The notes beneath the pieces are model-generated. The model was given only the letters and a program-made list of their open reading frames with translations. It ran no database searches and was not told where the DNA came from. Source: an uncultured Haloferula sp. (GTDB lineage: Bacteria; Verrucomicrobiota; Verrucomicrobiia; Verrucomicrobiales; Akkermansiaceae). From it: a DNA stretch of 64,000 nucleotides. Shown here one piece after another: positions 27,903-37,467 of the stretch (its first letter is position 1; the number at the start of each line of letters is the position of its first letter). The stretch spans positions 448,001-512,000 of the forward strand of contig CBFGTS010000001.1 in NCBI GenBank assembly GCA_965652295.1, read 5' to 3'. A program made the translations under genes and the position numbers.

Positions 27903-28346
27903 ACGGGTCACCGAGACCAGCCGCCTCGCCCGGCTCAACCTCGCCGTCCACGGCCTCAGCGGCGACATCCGCCAGGGAAACACCTATTACGAGGACCTCC
28001 ACGACTCCGTCGGCCGCTTCGACTTCGTCCTCGCCAATCCGCCCTTCAACGTCAGCAAGATCGACAAGGAGCGCCTCGCCGACGACCCGCGCTACGCCTT
28101 CGGCCTGCCGCGCACCGACAATGGCAACTACCTCTGGATCCAGCACTTCCACGCCGCGCTGAATGCCACCGGCCGGGCCGGCTTCGTGATGGCGAACTCC
28201 GCCGCCGACGCCCGCGCCTCCGAGCAGGAGATCCGGGAAAAGCTGATCAAGAGCGGCCACGTCGACGTGATGATCTCCATCGGGCCAAAGGGAGATTCAA
28301 CTTGTCGTGTTCTCGCCGGTGCTATCCACATCGAAACCCTTAAATC

Positions 28347-31300
28347 ATGAAGATCAAAGTTCTTAATCCGGACGGAGTGCATGCCCGGGAGATTAAAGGC
28401 CTCGCAGCCCTCAAGGAAGCACTCCCCAACGAATGGTACGGGTATGCCTCTCTTGAGTTGGTCGGCGAGAACGGAGGGGAAATTGACCTCGTGATCTGCG
28501 CTGAGGATCGCCTGATTGCGGTCGAAATCAAAGATTGGAACGGAAAGATTGAAGACCTCGGTCCGTATTGGCGAACGAGCGGGCGAGAACAGAAGTCACC
28601 CGTAGTCACGATTGCGGAAAAGTCGAAGAAGCTGGCAAGTAAGCTTAAGACCTTCCTTGCGCCAGAGCATCAAGCTCCATGGGTGGACCACTGCGTGCTG
28701 CTCACCGGTAAATCGCGAAGAAATGACCTGAGCGAAGACAGCAAAGACAAGACATTTGAGCTCGAGTTTTTCAAACGGATAGGCAATAAGGAGGTCTTCC
28801 GGGAGTGCTTTACTCACGAAGCCTGGTGTCGCACGCCGATTCACGACCTTAAGCCGAAACTCGACGTGTTTTTCGCTGGACCTCGTGTTCGCCCGTTAAG
28901 TTGTTCATACAACGGGTATAAGGCAAATGATGATCCGTGCTACACTCACCCGAAGCGGATCTACTCGGAGTATTTCGCAGAAAAGGAAGGAGCCAAAGGT
29001 TTCAAAGCGCTCTTGCGCCGCTGGGACTTCCATGAGCTAGGCAACGTCGATGCAACCTACCTGAACAAAGAGAATCGGACGACTCTCGCCCTAAGGGAAG
29101 AGAATGCAATCGGCTATCTTAGAGACGCAAAGCCTGAACTCGTAGGCCGAAACGTGTTCCTTGCGCCAATCTCGAATGAAGGGCGAGAGTCGGTCACCGA
29201 AAATTTTTTCGAACTTTACGACCTGCCCCGGGACTTGAGCCGTCTGAAAGAATCTTTGCGCCGCTATGGAGACTCGCTCAAGGACGATAATCGCATTTCA
29301 ATCGCACGTCTTCTTCTCCATCACCTCTCTGAACTTCACGAGCTTGAGGTCGCCCACAGGGATATTGGCGAGCATTGCATCTGGATCAGCGTTCCCGACA
29401 AAGTTTCGCTTTCAGGCTTTGCGACCAGTTCGTTCCCCGAACAGAAAACAGTGGCTCAGATCCGAGAAACAATCCGTGGCGGAGGGGAGCGGATCCCCGA
29501 AGAGTTACTGGACCTGAAGTCCAACAATTTTCGGAAGGATGTCTTTCTCCTAGGCTCGGTCGTCCACCAAATCTTGTTCGGAACCAAGCCGAGACTTGTC
29601 GATGGGGTTCCGACGTGGCACCCGCCAACGAATGGCAAGTTCGATCAATTCTGGGGATGGTTTGATCGGGCCTTAGAGCTCGATCCTGCGAAGCGTTTCT
29701 CGAACGCAACCTCGGCATTCGACGAGTTCCAGCGGTGCAGCAAGACATCCGAGTGCTTGGAATTCGATGAGAAGGATTTCCGTGAATTTGAGAAGTCGAT
29801 TCCGCCAATGCCAAGACTACCAGGTGACACAGTCCTCAGGCAGGATTCGGGTGGCTTGGTCTTTCATTCCGAATGCGGAGGAGGAGATGCTTGTCTTAAC
29901 AAGGTTTGGCCAGATGCCAAGTTCAAGCCCGGCGCTGTGGCCGAGAACTTCCATTTGCTAAGTTTTCTGGAGCGGATCCAACGTCTACAGATGGCCGACC
30001 TAGAATGCCAACAGCGGGTCCTTGATTTCGGGATAACAAGCTTCGGTTCCTACGTCGTCCTGAAGTGGGAAGGCGGGCAATGTCTTGAGGAGTTTGAAGG
30101 GGAGAGTTTCGACGACGAGGCCGGGCTGGCTTTCGTCCGAGCTCTTGTGCAGGCGGTGGCGGATCTCCACCGATGCCAAATCTTCCATGGGGATCTCAAA
30201 CCCGGGAACATTCTCTATGCACTAGGCGAGGAAGGTGAGACGACGATCCGCCTCATCGATCTCGTGGATTTCGCACCGGCAGGAACGGAACGGCGGTCAT
30301 CCGCTTACCTTCCCCCGGAAGGTGAGGAGGCTACCACGCCTGGGTGCGACGGCTATGCGTTGAAAAAGATCGTCACCGATTTCGTCCTACCTCGCATGCC
30401 CGGAATGTCCAAAGCACTTGCGGAGCGGATCACCGCAATCTTGGGCGATATGGTGGACCCCGATGGGGGTATTCCGGATGTGAAAGGTGCTTTGGATGAG
30501 CTGGCAAACCCTTTTGATGCCGATGATGAATCCTCATCGGGATCCCGAGAAGAGCTTGTTATTTCTATGGGGGGGATTGAGAGAGAGATCCTCATGATGC
30601 CGGATGACCGGGGGCTTCCGGTTACGATTTCACGCGACCGAGACGATCCTGAAAGCTTCGTCGTCCGAGTCACTGATTCCGCTCATTGTCTGGGGCTGCT
30701 AGTCAACGCTCCGCGGAAGGCGATAACTAAGATATGGCAGCAGCCGGCGACGATCATGGATCTGGCCCAGAACCTCCGATGGAAGGCCTCCCTGCTTGAA
30801 AGGCCGCTACGTATTCTGCGGAGTCAGGCAGACGACCTCACGGCCTTAAATGAGCTTCTGGATGAGCTGGCCATCTTTTCCGAGCTGGATAAACTATATC
30901 GCAAGGAAGTACAGGCCACGCGGGAGGAAGAGACGCTAGCAAGTCAAGTCGGCCACGATTTCAATGAAGCCGGTTCAGATGAATCCGATCAGGCACCCAG
31001 CCAAACGCCTGAAACTCCGCTCGTCGATGTTCCCCTCGATCTCTTCTGGGAAGCTCTGCTTGATGCCGAGGCCAGGATCGTCCCAGTTATGGCTGTCACT
31101 GACGAACCTGTGGAAATCCGATCTTCAGGGATACTTGTTCTTCCGGTCGGAGAGCCATCAGCGCCATTCGACCCCCAAGATGATGAGCCAGTAGAAGTCC
31201 AGACACAGGATCCTGCAGGGGAGTGGCGCTACTTTGGTAATCTCGACAACCGGAGGAGCCAAAATGGGCGGCTTGCTGTGGTTCCCAAGGCCAGGGGCAC

Positions 31301-33200
31301 CTTCCGACCGCGAACGGGCACGGCACTCCGACTGGAGAACAAAGCATCACGTGCCTCGTATTTGAAGCGGCTTGCCGCAGTTCAGCGGATCGTAGGCCGG
31401 GATTCCGTGTGCCCCGAGCTTTTCGATTACTTCGGCGGGGACGGCTGCCTTGACTCTCTGCCCGGTCGCTTTGCAGGCAAGTTGGACGGGCTCGACGCAT
31501 ACGGCCTCAATCCGGTGCAAAGAGATGCGCTGGAGACAGCATTGAAATGTTCTCCCCTTGCTATGATCCAAGGCCCACCGGGTACTGGAAAGACCGGGGT
31601 TATTTCGGCTGCGGCGCACTACATCGCGACGAACTTCCCCACCGCCAAGATTCTCGTGGTCAGTCAGTCTCACGAAGCAATCGACCACGCTACTGAACAG
31701 ATCGTGAAGCGTTTTCGCAAGCAAGGCGATGAGCCTTCTCTGGTTCGTGTGGGACGGCGGGCTGCGATCAGTGACAATCTGATTTCGTTCCACTCAGAGT
31801 CCCTGCAGGGGGAGTATCGCGAACGGTTCCGGCTATCCCTTACCCAACGAATTCTACCGCTGGGCAGTCGGCTGGGATTGAGCGAGGCGTTCGCGGAAAG
31901 CCTCGCAGTGATAAGAGCGCGGTTGGTTCCGCTTCTACAGCAGCTTGGTCCAGAGCCGTCCGGAGAGGAGGCGGAAATTGATCCGGCCCTGCGACGGCAC
32001 CTTGAGAACGCATGCCGCCAACTTGACCCTGGGTTCGATTTCCCTGACGCGGCAATCGCCTCGGTTTGCGGCTTGATGGAACAACGGTTGATTGATCGCC
32101 ACGGGGAAACTGATCAACAGTCAGTCAATGCCTTGAGGAAGATCATTGATTTAGCGCTTGAGTGGGTGCAGATCCTTGAGACCCCGGGAAAGCTCGATCG
32201 ATTCTACGTAGGGTCCAGTCAGATTGTGACTGGGACCTGCGTTGGAGTGGGGCGCTGGCAGCTTGGCCTTGAAAGCGAAGCCTTCGACTGCGTGATCATC
32301 GACGAAGCGGCTAGATGCGGCCCGGGCGACCTGGCGGTTGCGAGCCAAGTGGCCCATCAGGTGATTCTCGTGGGAGACCACAAGCAACTGCCTCCGTTCC
32401 TTGAGAAGGACGTCGTGAATCGCGTTGCGAGGGACTTGCCGTGCCCTCCCTGTCAGGTCGAGCGCAGCGACTTCCAAAGGCTGTTCGAGTCGCCTTACGC
32501 TGAGTTGGCCGGTCGTACGCTGAAAACCCAGTATCGGATGAGGCAGCCCATCGGGCGGCTTGTGTCCGAGTGCTTCTATCCGGAGACAGGTGGCATTGAG
32601 GCGGGACGCAAGACGAGCTCCGAGTGCTACGACAGTCTACCGGAAAGGATTTCGCGGCACGTGACATGGATCGATTCAGAGGATGGCGGAGAGGAACGAG
32701 TTCGGACGAGCTTTGTGAATCGTTCTGAGATCGACCGGATCATGCAGGTTCTGGAGGAGATCGACCGCGATGAGGCTTTGATTGACGGCCTGATCAATGA
32801 TGCAGCTGCGGAAGGACTTCCTGCTGCGATTGGTATTATCGCCGCCTACAAGGCTCAGGCCGACGCGATCGAGGAGAGGGTCTGGCAGTCATCGCTAACT
32901 GGCAAGCTACGCCAGACCTGCAAGGTTGGCACTGTCGATAGCTATCAGGGGAAGGAGAATCCCGTGGTGATCTTCTCAGCCGTTCGATGCAATCCGCATG
33001 ATGAGATTGGATTCACGCGGAGTTGGGAGCGGGTAAATGTGTCCCTCTCAAGGGCAAGGGAGCGCTTGGTGATTGTTGGAAGCTGGAACTTTTGGGAGAG
33101 CGCCGGTGTGAAAGCCCCACTCGGCAAAGTCGTGAACTTTCTCACCGTTAGGCTCGCCGAGTCCGACGAAGGATACGCCCGCATCGCTGAACCCCTTTAA
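28347..33200 (+). CDS. NERD nuclease + two Ser/Thr kinase-like domains + SF1 (UPF1/DNA2-like) helicase; putative antiphage protein (Mokosh MkoA-like)
   Basis: EIDLV...VEIKDW (NERD); [62 protein letters not shown]; lower GC than flanks. Confidence 0.85.
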   Translation: MKIKVLNPDGVHAREIKGLAALKEALPNEWYGYASLELVGENGGEIDLVICAEDRLIAVEIKDWNGKIEDLGPYWRTSGREQKSPVVTIAEKSKKLASKLKTFLAPEHQAPWVDHCVLLTGKSRRNDLSEDSKDKTFELEFFKRIGNKEVFRECFTHEAWCRTPIHDLKPKLDVFFAGPRVRPLSCSYNGYKANDDPCYTHPKRIYSEYFAEKEGAKGFKALLRRWDFHELGNVDATYLNKENRTTLALREENAIGYLRDAKPELVGRNVFLAPISNEGRESVTENFFELYDLPRDLSRLKESLRRYGDSLKDDNRISIARLLLHHLSELHELEVAHRDIGEHCIWISVPDKVSLSGFATSSFPEQKTVAQIRETIRGGGERIPEELLDLKSNNFRKDVFLLGSVVHQILFGTKPRLVDGVPTWHPPTNGKFDQFWGWFDRALELDPAKRFSNATSAFDEFQRCSKTSECLEFDEKDFREFEKSIPPMPRLPGDTVLRQDSGGLVFHSECGGGDACLNKVWPDAKFKPGAVAENFHLLSFLERIQRLQMADLECQQRVLDFGITSFGSYVVLKWEGGQCLEEFEGESFDDEAGLAFVRALVQAVADLHRCQIFHGDLKPGNILYALGEEGETTIRLIDLVDFAPAGTERRSSAYLPPEGEEATTPGCDGYALKKIVTDFVLPRMPGMSKALAERITAILGDMVDPDGGIPDVKGALDELANPFDADDESSSGSREELVISMGGIEREILMMPDDRGLPVTISRDRDDPESFVVRVTDSAHCLGLLVNAPRKAITKIWQQPATIMDLAQNLRWKASLLERPLRILRSQADDLTALNELLDELAIFSELDKLYRKEVQATREEETLASQVGHDFNEAGSDESDQAPSQTPETPLVDVPLDLFWEALLDAEARIVPVMAVTDEPVEIRSSGILVLPVGEPSAPFDPQDDEPVEVQTQDPAGEWRYFGNLDNRRSQNGRLAVVPKARGTFRPRTGTALRLENKASRASYLKRLAAVQRIVGRDSVCPELFDYFGGDGCLDSLPGRFAGKLDGLDAYGLNPVQRDALETALKCSPLAMIQGPPGTGKTGVISAAAHYIATNFPTAKILVVSQSHEAIDHATEQIVKRFRKQGDEPSLVRVGRRAAISDNLISFHSESLQGEYRERFRLSLTQRILPLGSRLGLSEAFAESLAVIRARLVPLLQQLGPEPSGEEAEIDPALRRHLENACRQLDPGFDFPDAAIASVCGLMEQRLIDRHGETDQQSVNALRKIIDLALEWVQILETPGKLDRFYVGSSQIVTGTCVGVGRWQLGLESEAFDCVIIDEAARCGPGDLAVASQVAHQVILVGDHKQLPPFLEKDVVNRVARDLPCPPCQVERSDFQRLFESPYAELAGRTLKTQYRMRQPIGRLVSECFYPETGGIEAGRKTSSECYDSLPERISRHVTWIDSEDGGEERVRTSFVNRSEIDRIMQVLEEIDRDEALIDGLINDAAAEGLPAAIGIIAAYKAQADAIEERVWQSSLTGKLRQTCKVGTVDSYQGKENPVVIFSAVRCNPHDEIGFTRSWERVNVSLSRARERLVIVGSWNFWESAGVKAPLGKVVNFLTVRLAESDEGYARIAEPL

Positions 33201-34675
33201 TGAAAATGAGTGCTTTGGAGAATTACGCGGAAGAGGAAGCGGAGTTCGTCTTCGGTTCCCGGACGATATTCATTCCCGGACGGAGTGTTGAGATCGGCTA
33301 TTCGGTAAGGAAGAAGTCAGCGTTTCCTTTGGTGGAGGAGTTGGTGCTCAAGCTCCTCAATATCGTCGGTAGCGCATCGCTGTCCGACATCGCCAAGTTT
33401 GTGGATCTGCCCGCCAAAGATCTCAGGACCGCGTTTCAGCCCCTTCTAGTCAAGGGGTTGATGATCCAGCGTGGTGATGATTTCGAACTCTCGGAGGTCG
33501 GGCGGATGCTCTTTTCGCGTTCAGATGACGACACTCCAGCCTTGACGGAATCGGAGTCGAGGGTCCACCCATTTACGATTGATGACGAGTGCGCCCTTCC
33601 CATCGTCGCACCGGATTTTAGTGAGCACCGGGCGACGGCGAAAGGGGCCTTGAAATGGCTGATCGATGACCTTAGGAAAGCCCCCAATGCTGGTGATGAC
33701 TTGCTGAGCCGCGTGCGCCGGAACTTCGGTGAGTATTTTGCGTATTTCATGCGGAATGAGGGGGACTTGGAGAAGATCAAGGAAGAGCAACTCGAGCTAC
33801 ATAAGACGGAGTATGCGAAGACTAGAAGCAGTTTTGCTGTTCCGGTGAATGTCGAAGGCGTGATCCGTAAGAACGGGCTGGTTACGAATCGAGTGCTGCC
33901 CTTAGACGAGTTCACGGCGAGACCCGAGAGCCGGATGGGGATGAGGTCCGCATTGATCGAATCCGCGAGAGTGCCCTTGGAAGATGGAGAAGCGGGTGAA
34001 ATTGAGTTCCTTCGGAGTTGCTTCGGAGAGGACTTCCTTGGTGGGATCGCGGCGAATGGCGCACTCCCGTGGTTCAAAGTGATGCCGACATTCTCCAAGG
34101 GAGATCGCACCACACTTCAGTCCGGAGGGAAAATTGCGATTGGAGAATTGAGCGTCCCAAGAAACCTGTTGCGGATCGAAGCACTTTTTCATGCGGTGAC
34201 TGAAGGAAAAGAGTTTTCTCAAGAAGCACCTCTACGAATTTCATGGTTGCGACCGCCAGTGACCTCGTGGGGAAGAAGCATTGCGTTCCTCGATGGGGTC
34301 AAGGCGCTCCGGGAGATTGGAGCGCGATTGCGAAAAGGAGCGGTTGTATTGGAGCTTTGGGAGAATCGATTTGGTTCGGAAGTCGACCTTGAACCGGAGC
34401 TCCGTTCCTATTGGCCCTGGTTTGACGATGTCCGATACTTCCGCGATTCGGAAGTCCCCAAGAGGATGGAGATGATCTTGATTGGAGAGGGAGCAGGGAT
34501 CGCCGTCACACACGCGTTCACTCCACTCCAGGCCTGCTTTCCCTGCCCAGTTGGCGTCTCCTTCTCTGAAAATGAGACGATACGAAAGCTGGTTTCGGAA
34601 AGGATCGTGCCCAATCTGCGTTCACTGCCCAAGACAGAAAAGAAGGCGAAAAAGGCTGCGAAGAAGGTCAAATAG
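33200..34675 (+). CDS. Partner of the kinase-helicase; N-terminal wHTH-like region, possible degenerate PLD-like C-terminus
   Basis: TAATG coupling to the upstream gene; EELVLKLL...SLSDIAKFVDL...L.VKGL...LSEVG wHTH-like pattern; same low-GC codon style. Confidence 0.65.
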   Translation: MKMSALENYAEEEAEFVFGSRTIFIPGRSVEIGYSVRKKSAFPLVEELVLKLLNIVGSASLSDIAKFVDLPAKDLRTAFQPLLVKGLMIQRGDDFELSEVGRMLFSRSDDDTPALTESESRVHPFTIDDECALPIVAPDFSEHRATAKGALKWLIDDLRKAPNAGDDLLSRVRRNFGEYFAYFMRNEGDLEKIKEEQLELHKTEYAKTRSSFAVPVNVEGVIRKNGLVTNRVLPLDEFTARPESRMGMRSALIESARVPLEDGEAGEIEFLRSCFGEDFLGGIAANGALPWFKVMPTFSKGDRTTLQSGGKIAIGELSVPRNLLRIEALFHAVTEGKEFSQEAPLRISWLRPPVTSWGRSIAFLDGVKALREIGARLRKGAVVLELWENRFGSEVDLEPELRSYWPWFDDVRYFRDSEVPKRMEMILIGEGAGIAVTHAFTPLQACFPCPVGVSFSENETIRKLVSERIVPNLRSLPKTEKKAKKAAKKVK

Positions 34676-34716
34676 GTGATGAGTTCACGCCTTAAAGGCC
34701 GTGCCCGCACGAAAAG

Positions 34717-34923
34717 TTCCGCCTCGTCTTCGTCTGCGCCATGTGGTTGACGGGCTTCGACGCGCCGAGCTGCTCGACGCTCTACCTCGACAAGCCGATG
34801 CGCGGCCACACGCTGATGCAGACCATCGCCCGCGCCAACCGGGTGTATGGCGAGAAGGTGAACGGCCTGATCGTGGATTATGCGAACGTGTTCCAGGAGC
34901 TGGAGAAGGCCTGGCGATCTACC
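34717..34923 (+). pseudogene. hsdR: Type I R-M restriction subunit R internal fragment
   Basis: [41 protein letters not shown]...GLIVDY. A 1-nt frameshift splits EKA/LAIY near 34911. Confidence 0.88.
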
Positions 34924-34997
34924 CATGCACATGGTTGGTCTCGACTGTGGGGGATCGGCGGAGGGGGGCGCTTCCGGCGGAGAGCAGGGCAAGCTCG

Positions 34998-35062
34998 GGT
35001 AGGGCGGGCCGGCCCGGTCCGCCGAAGAGTGAAGTCGGCGCGGCGGGCCGCCACGCCCTACC
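34998..35062. repeat. Inverted GTAG-type REP doublet
   Basis: GGTAGGGCG ... CGCCCTACC termini with internal CGCCGA/TCGGCG pairing. Confidence 0.7.
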
Positions 35063-35151
35063 GGTTTGAAGCGCTGCGACGAATTTCGCCTTCATTGCTT
35101 TGGGATTGAGTATTTCTGCTTCGTCCCCTTGATCTCTGGTTCTCCCAGCCC

Positions 35152-36450
35152 ATGAGCCCTCCATCCTTTCCCTCCTTTGGCGAAGCCGTCCGGTTCTGGA
35201 GCAAGCTCGGCTGGATCAGTTTCGGCGGGCCTGCCGGACAGATCGCGATCATGCACAAGGAGCTGGTGGAAAAGCGCCGCTGGCTCAGTGAGGACCACTT
35301 CCTCCACGCCTTGAACTTCTGCATGCTCCTACCCGGGCCCGAGGCGCAGCAACTGGCCACGTATCTCGGTTGGCGCTTGCACGGCGTGCGCGGCGGAATC
35401 GCGGCGGGGGCGCTGTTCGTGATTCCGTCGGTGTTCATCCTGTTCGGCCTGAGCTGGCTCTACATGGCGGGCGGAGACGTGGCGTGGGTCCGCGGAATCT
35501 TCTACGGCCTGATCCCGGCGGTCATCGCCATCGTCGTCTCGGCGGTGAAGAGGATCGGTTCGAAAGCGTTGAAGACGCCGGCTCTCTGGGCGCTGGCACT
35601 GACCTCCTTCGTGGCGATCTTCGTTTTCAAGATATCGTTCGTGCTGATCATCGGTGCCGCGGCGCTGGCGGGATTCCTCGGGAGGAAGAGCTTTCCGAAG
35701 CAGTTCCCGGCAGGCGACAGCCATGCGGCGGCGGGCGGCGGCGGTCCTTGTCTCGCGCTGCCTCCCGTTCCAAAGGGTGGGTGGAGGCGTGCCTTGAAGG
35801 TTTCGTTTCTCTGCCTGCTCCTGTGGTGGGTTCCGGTGTTCGTCCTGGGCTGGCTTCGTGGCTGGCACAGCGTTCATTTTCAGGAGGGGTTGTTTTTCAG
35901 CAAGGCGGCGTTGGTCACCTTCGGCGGGGCCTATGCCGTGCTGCCTTATGTCGCCCAGATGGCGGTCGAGCATCACGGATGGCTGAGCCAACGGCAGATG
36001 ATGGCGGGGCTCGGGCTTGCCGAGACCACCCCGGGCCCGCTGATCATGGTGCTGCAGTTCGTGGGCTTTGTCGGTGCGTGGCAGAACCCCGGCGGCCTGG
36101 AGCCCTTGGCGGCGGCCGCGTTGGGATCGATGATCACGACCTGGGTGACCTTCCTGCCCTGTTTCCTCTTCGTCTTTCTGGGAGCACCTCATGTCGAGTC
36201 CCTGCGGGAACGACCGGCTCTCGCCTCCACCATGACGGCCATCACGGCGGCAGTCGTCGGGGTGATTCTCAACCTCGCCATCTGGTTCGCGTGGCACGCA
36301 TTGAAACCGGAGGGCAGGGACTTTGACTGGTTCGTCGCCGCCCTGGCGGTCGCATCATGGATCGCGATGGAGCGATTCAAGCTCGGAGTCATCCCGATTT
36401 TATCCGCATGTGCCGCGCTGGGACTGGTTTGGACGATCTGGATCGGCTAA
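35152..36450 (+). CDS. chrA: Chromate efflux transporter (long-chain CHR)
   Basis: LGWISFGGPAGQIA, LLPGPEAQQLA, TFGGAYAVL, GLAETTPGPLI. Confidence 0.92.
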   Translation: MSPPSFPSFGEAVRFWSKLGWISFGGPAGQIAIMHKELVEKRRWLSEDHFLHALNFCMLLPGPEAQQLATYLGWRLHGVRGGIAAGALFVIPSVFILFGLSWLYMAGGDVAWVRGIFYGLIPAVIAIVVSAVKRIGSKALKTPALWALALTSFVAIFVFKISFVLIIGAAALAGFLGRKSFPKQFPAGDSHAAAGGGGPCLALPPVPKGGWRRALKVSFLCLLLWWVPVFVLGWLRGWHSVHFQEGLFFSKAALVTFGGAYAVLPYVAQMAVEHHGWLSQRQMMAGLGLAETTPGPLIMVLQFVGFVGAWQNPGGLEPLAAAALGSMITTWVTFLPCFLFVFLGAPHVESLRERPALASTMTAITAAVVGVILNLAIWFAWHALKPEGRDFDWFVAALAVASWIAMERFKLGVIPILSACAALGLVWTIWIG

Positions 36451-36462
36451 TCGGCCCCGGCA

Positions 36463-37377
36463 TTACTTGACGGGCTCGATTTTCTTCAGCGTGGAAAAGC
36501 TGATCCGGCGCATGGTGTCGAGAAACTCGGTCATGTAGGCAGCGGAGGATTGGTCGGTGGTCGTGGCCGCATAGAGGTTGGCGAATAGTCCGGACTTCCG
36601 GATGGGACGCGAGACGACGTAGCTTTTATCGAGATAGGGTTGCACCGCCCAGCCGGGCATCGCGGCGATTGCGCGGTGACTCGCCACCAGCTGGAGAATG
36701 GCGACGGTGAGTTCCGTTTTGCGCCGCGGCGGCTCGACCTTCGCCGGCATCAGGACTTCGCGGATCACGTCGATCCGGTCGTCCGGGATGGGATAGGTCA
36801 CCAGCGTCTCCCGGGCAAAGTCCCTGGCGGTCAGATGGCTTTTTCTCGTGTAGGGATGGTTCCTCGCCATCAAAGCGAGCACCTCGTAGCGGAAGAGCGG
36901 GTGAAAGATCACGCCGGGGCGGGGCTTGGCCTGGGACACGATCACGAGATCGGCCGCATCGTCGGCCAGGAGTCCCACAGGATCGGGCTGGAAACCGGAA
37001 ACCAGATCCATTTCCACCTCCGGCCAGCCTTCGCGGAAGGCGTCCATGCTTGGCATCAACCAATCGAAGCAGGAGTGGCATTCCACCGCGATGCGGAGCT
37101 GACCGGCCTTGCCATCGGAGATGCGGGCGACATCGCGCTCACACTGCATGACGAGCTTCTCGACATCGTAGGCGGTGGTCAGAACCCGCTCGCCTGCGGG
37201 GCTGAGCCGCAGGGGATTGCTCTTCCGCTGGAACAGCTCGACGCCGAGGTGATCCTCAAGCGCCTTCATCTGATGGGAAAGGGCGGGCTGGGAGAGGTTC
37301 AGACGCTTTCCTGCTCTGGAGATGCTGCCCGCTTCGGCAATGGCGACCACGGACCGGAGGTGTCGGAGCTCAAGCAT
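36463..37377 (-). CDS. metR: LysR-family regulator MetR
   Basis: MLELRHLR HTH, LSHQ, LRIAVECHSCFDWLMP, TELTVAILQLVAS; divergent from metE. Confidence 0.9.
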   Translation of the reverse strand: MLELRHLRSVVAIAEAGSISRAGKRLNLSQPALSHQMKALEDHLGVELFQRKSNPLRLSPAGERVLTTAYDVEKLVMQCERDVARISDGKAGQLRIAVECHSCFDWLMPSMDAFREGWPEVEMDLVSGFQPDPVGLLADDAADLVIVSQAKPRPGVIFHPLFRYEVLALMARNHPYTRKSHLTARDFARETLVTYPIPDDRIDVIREVLMPAKVEPPRRKTELTVAILQLVASHRAIAAMPGWAVQPYLDKSYVVSRPIRKSGLFANLYAATTTDQSSAAYMTEFLDTMRRISFSTLKKIEPVK

Positions 37378-37392
37378 GAGCGCAGGCTGATT

Positions 37393-37407
37393 ATTCGCAA
37401 AACGAAT
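37393..37407. promoter_or_regulatory. Putative LysR (MetR) operator
   Basis: ATTCG-CAAAA-CGAAT palindrome containing T-N11-A in the AT-rich metR/metE divergent gap. Confidence 0.5.
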
Positions 37408-37467
37408 GACCAACATAAAAACAATGAGCTACCTCGATGAGCGCGCCATCCTTTACGGTGCGGATTC

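Larger units (their letters stand above)
26974..28350 (+). pseudogene. hsdM: Type I R-M methyltransferase subunit M, C-terminally truncated, with in-frame insertions
   Basis: [59 protein letters not shown]. Recognisable HsdM sequence ends at ISIGP (~28287). Confidence 0.85.

Noticed and set aside
28338..34696. CCTTAAA direct repeat at 28338-28344 and 34690-34696 flanking the defence cassette
   Set aside because: Only 7 bp, it lies inside rather than at the hsdM/hsdR breakpoints, and no recombinase is nearby. Too weak to call att sites or a target duplication.
37378..37467. Cobalamin or SAM riboswitch upstream of metE
   Set aside because: The gap is only 90 bp, is shared with metR, and has no recognisable riboswitch core.
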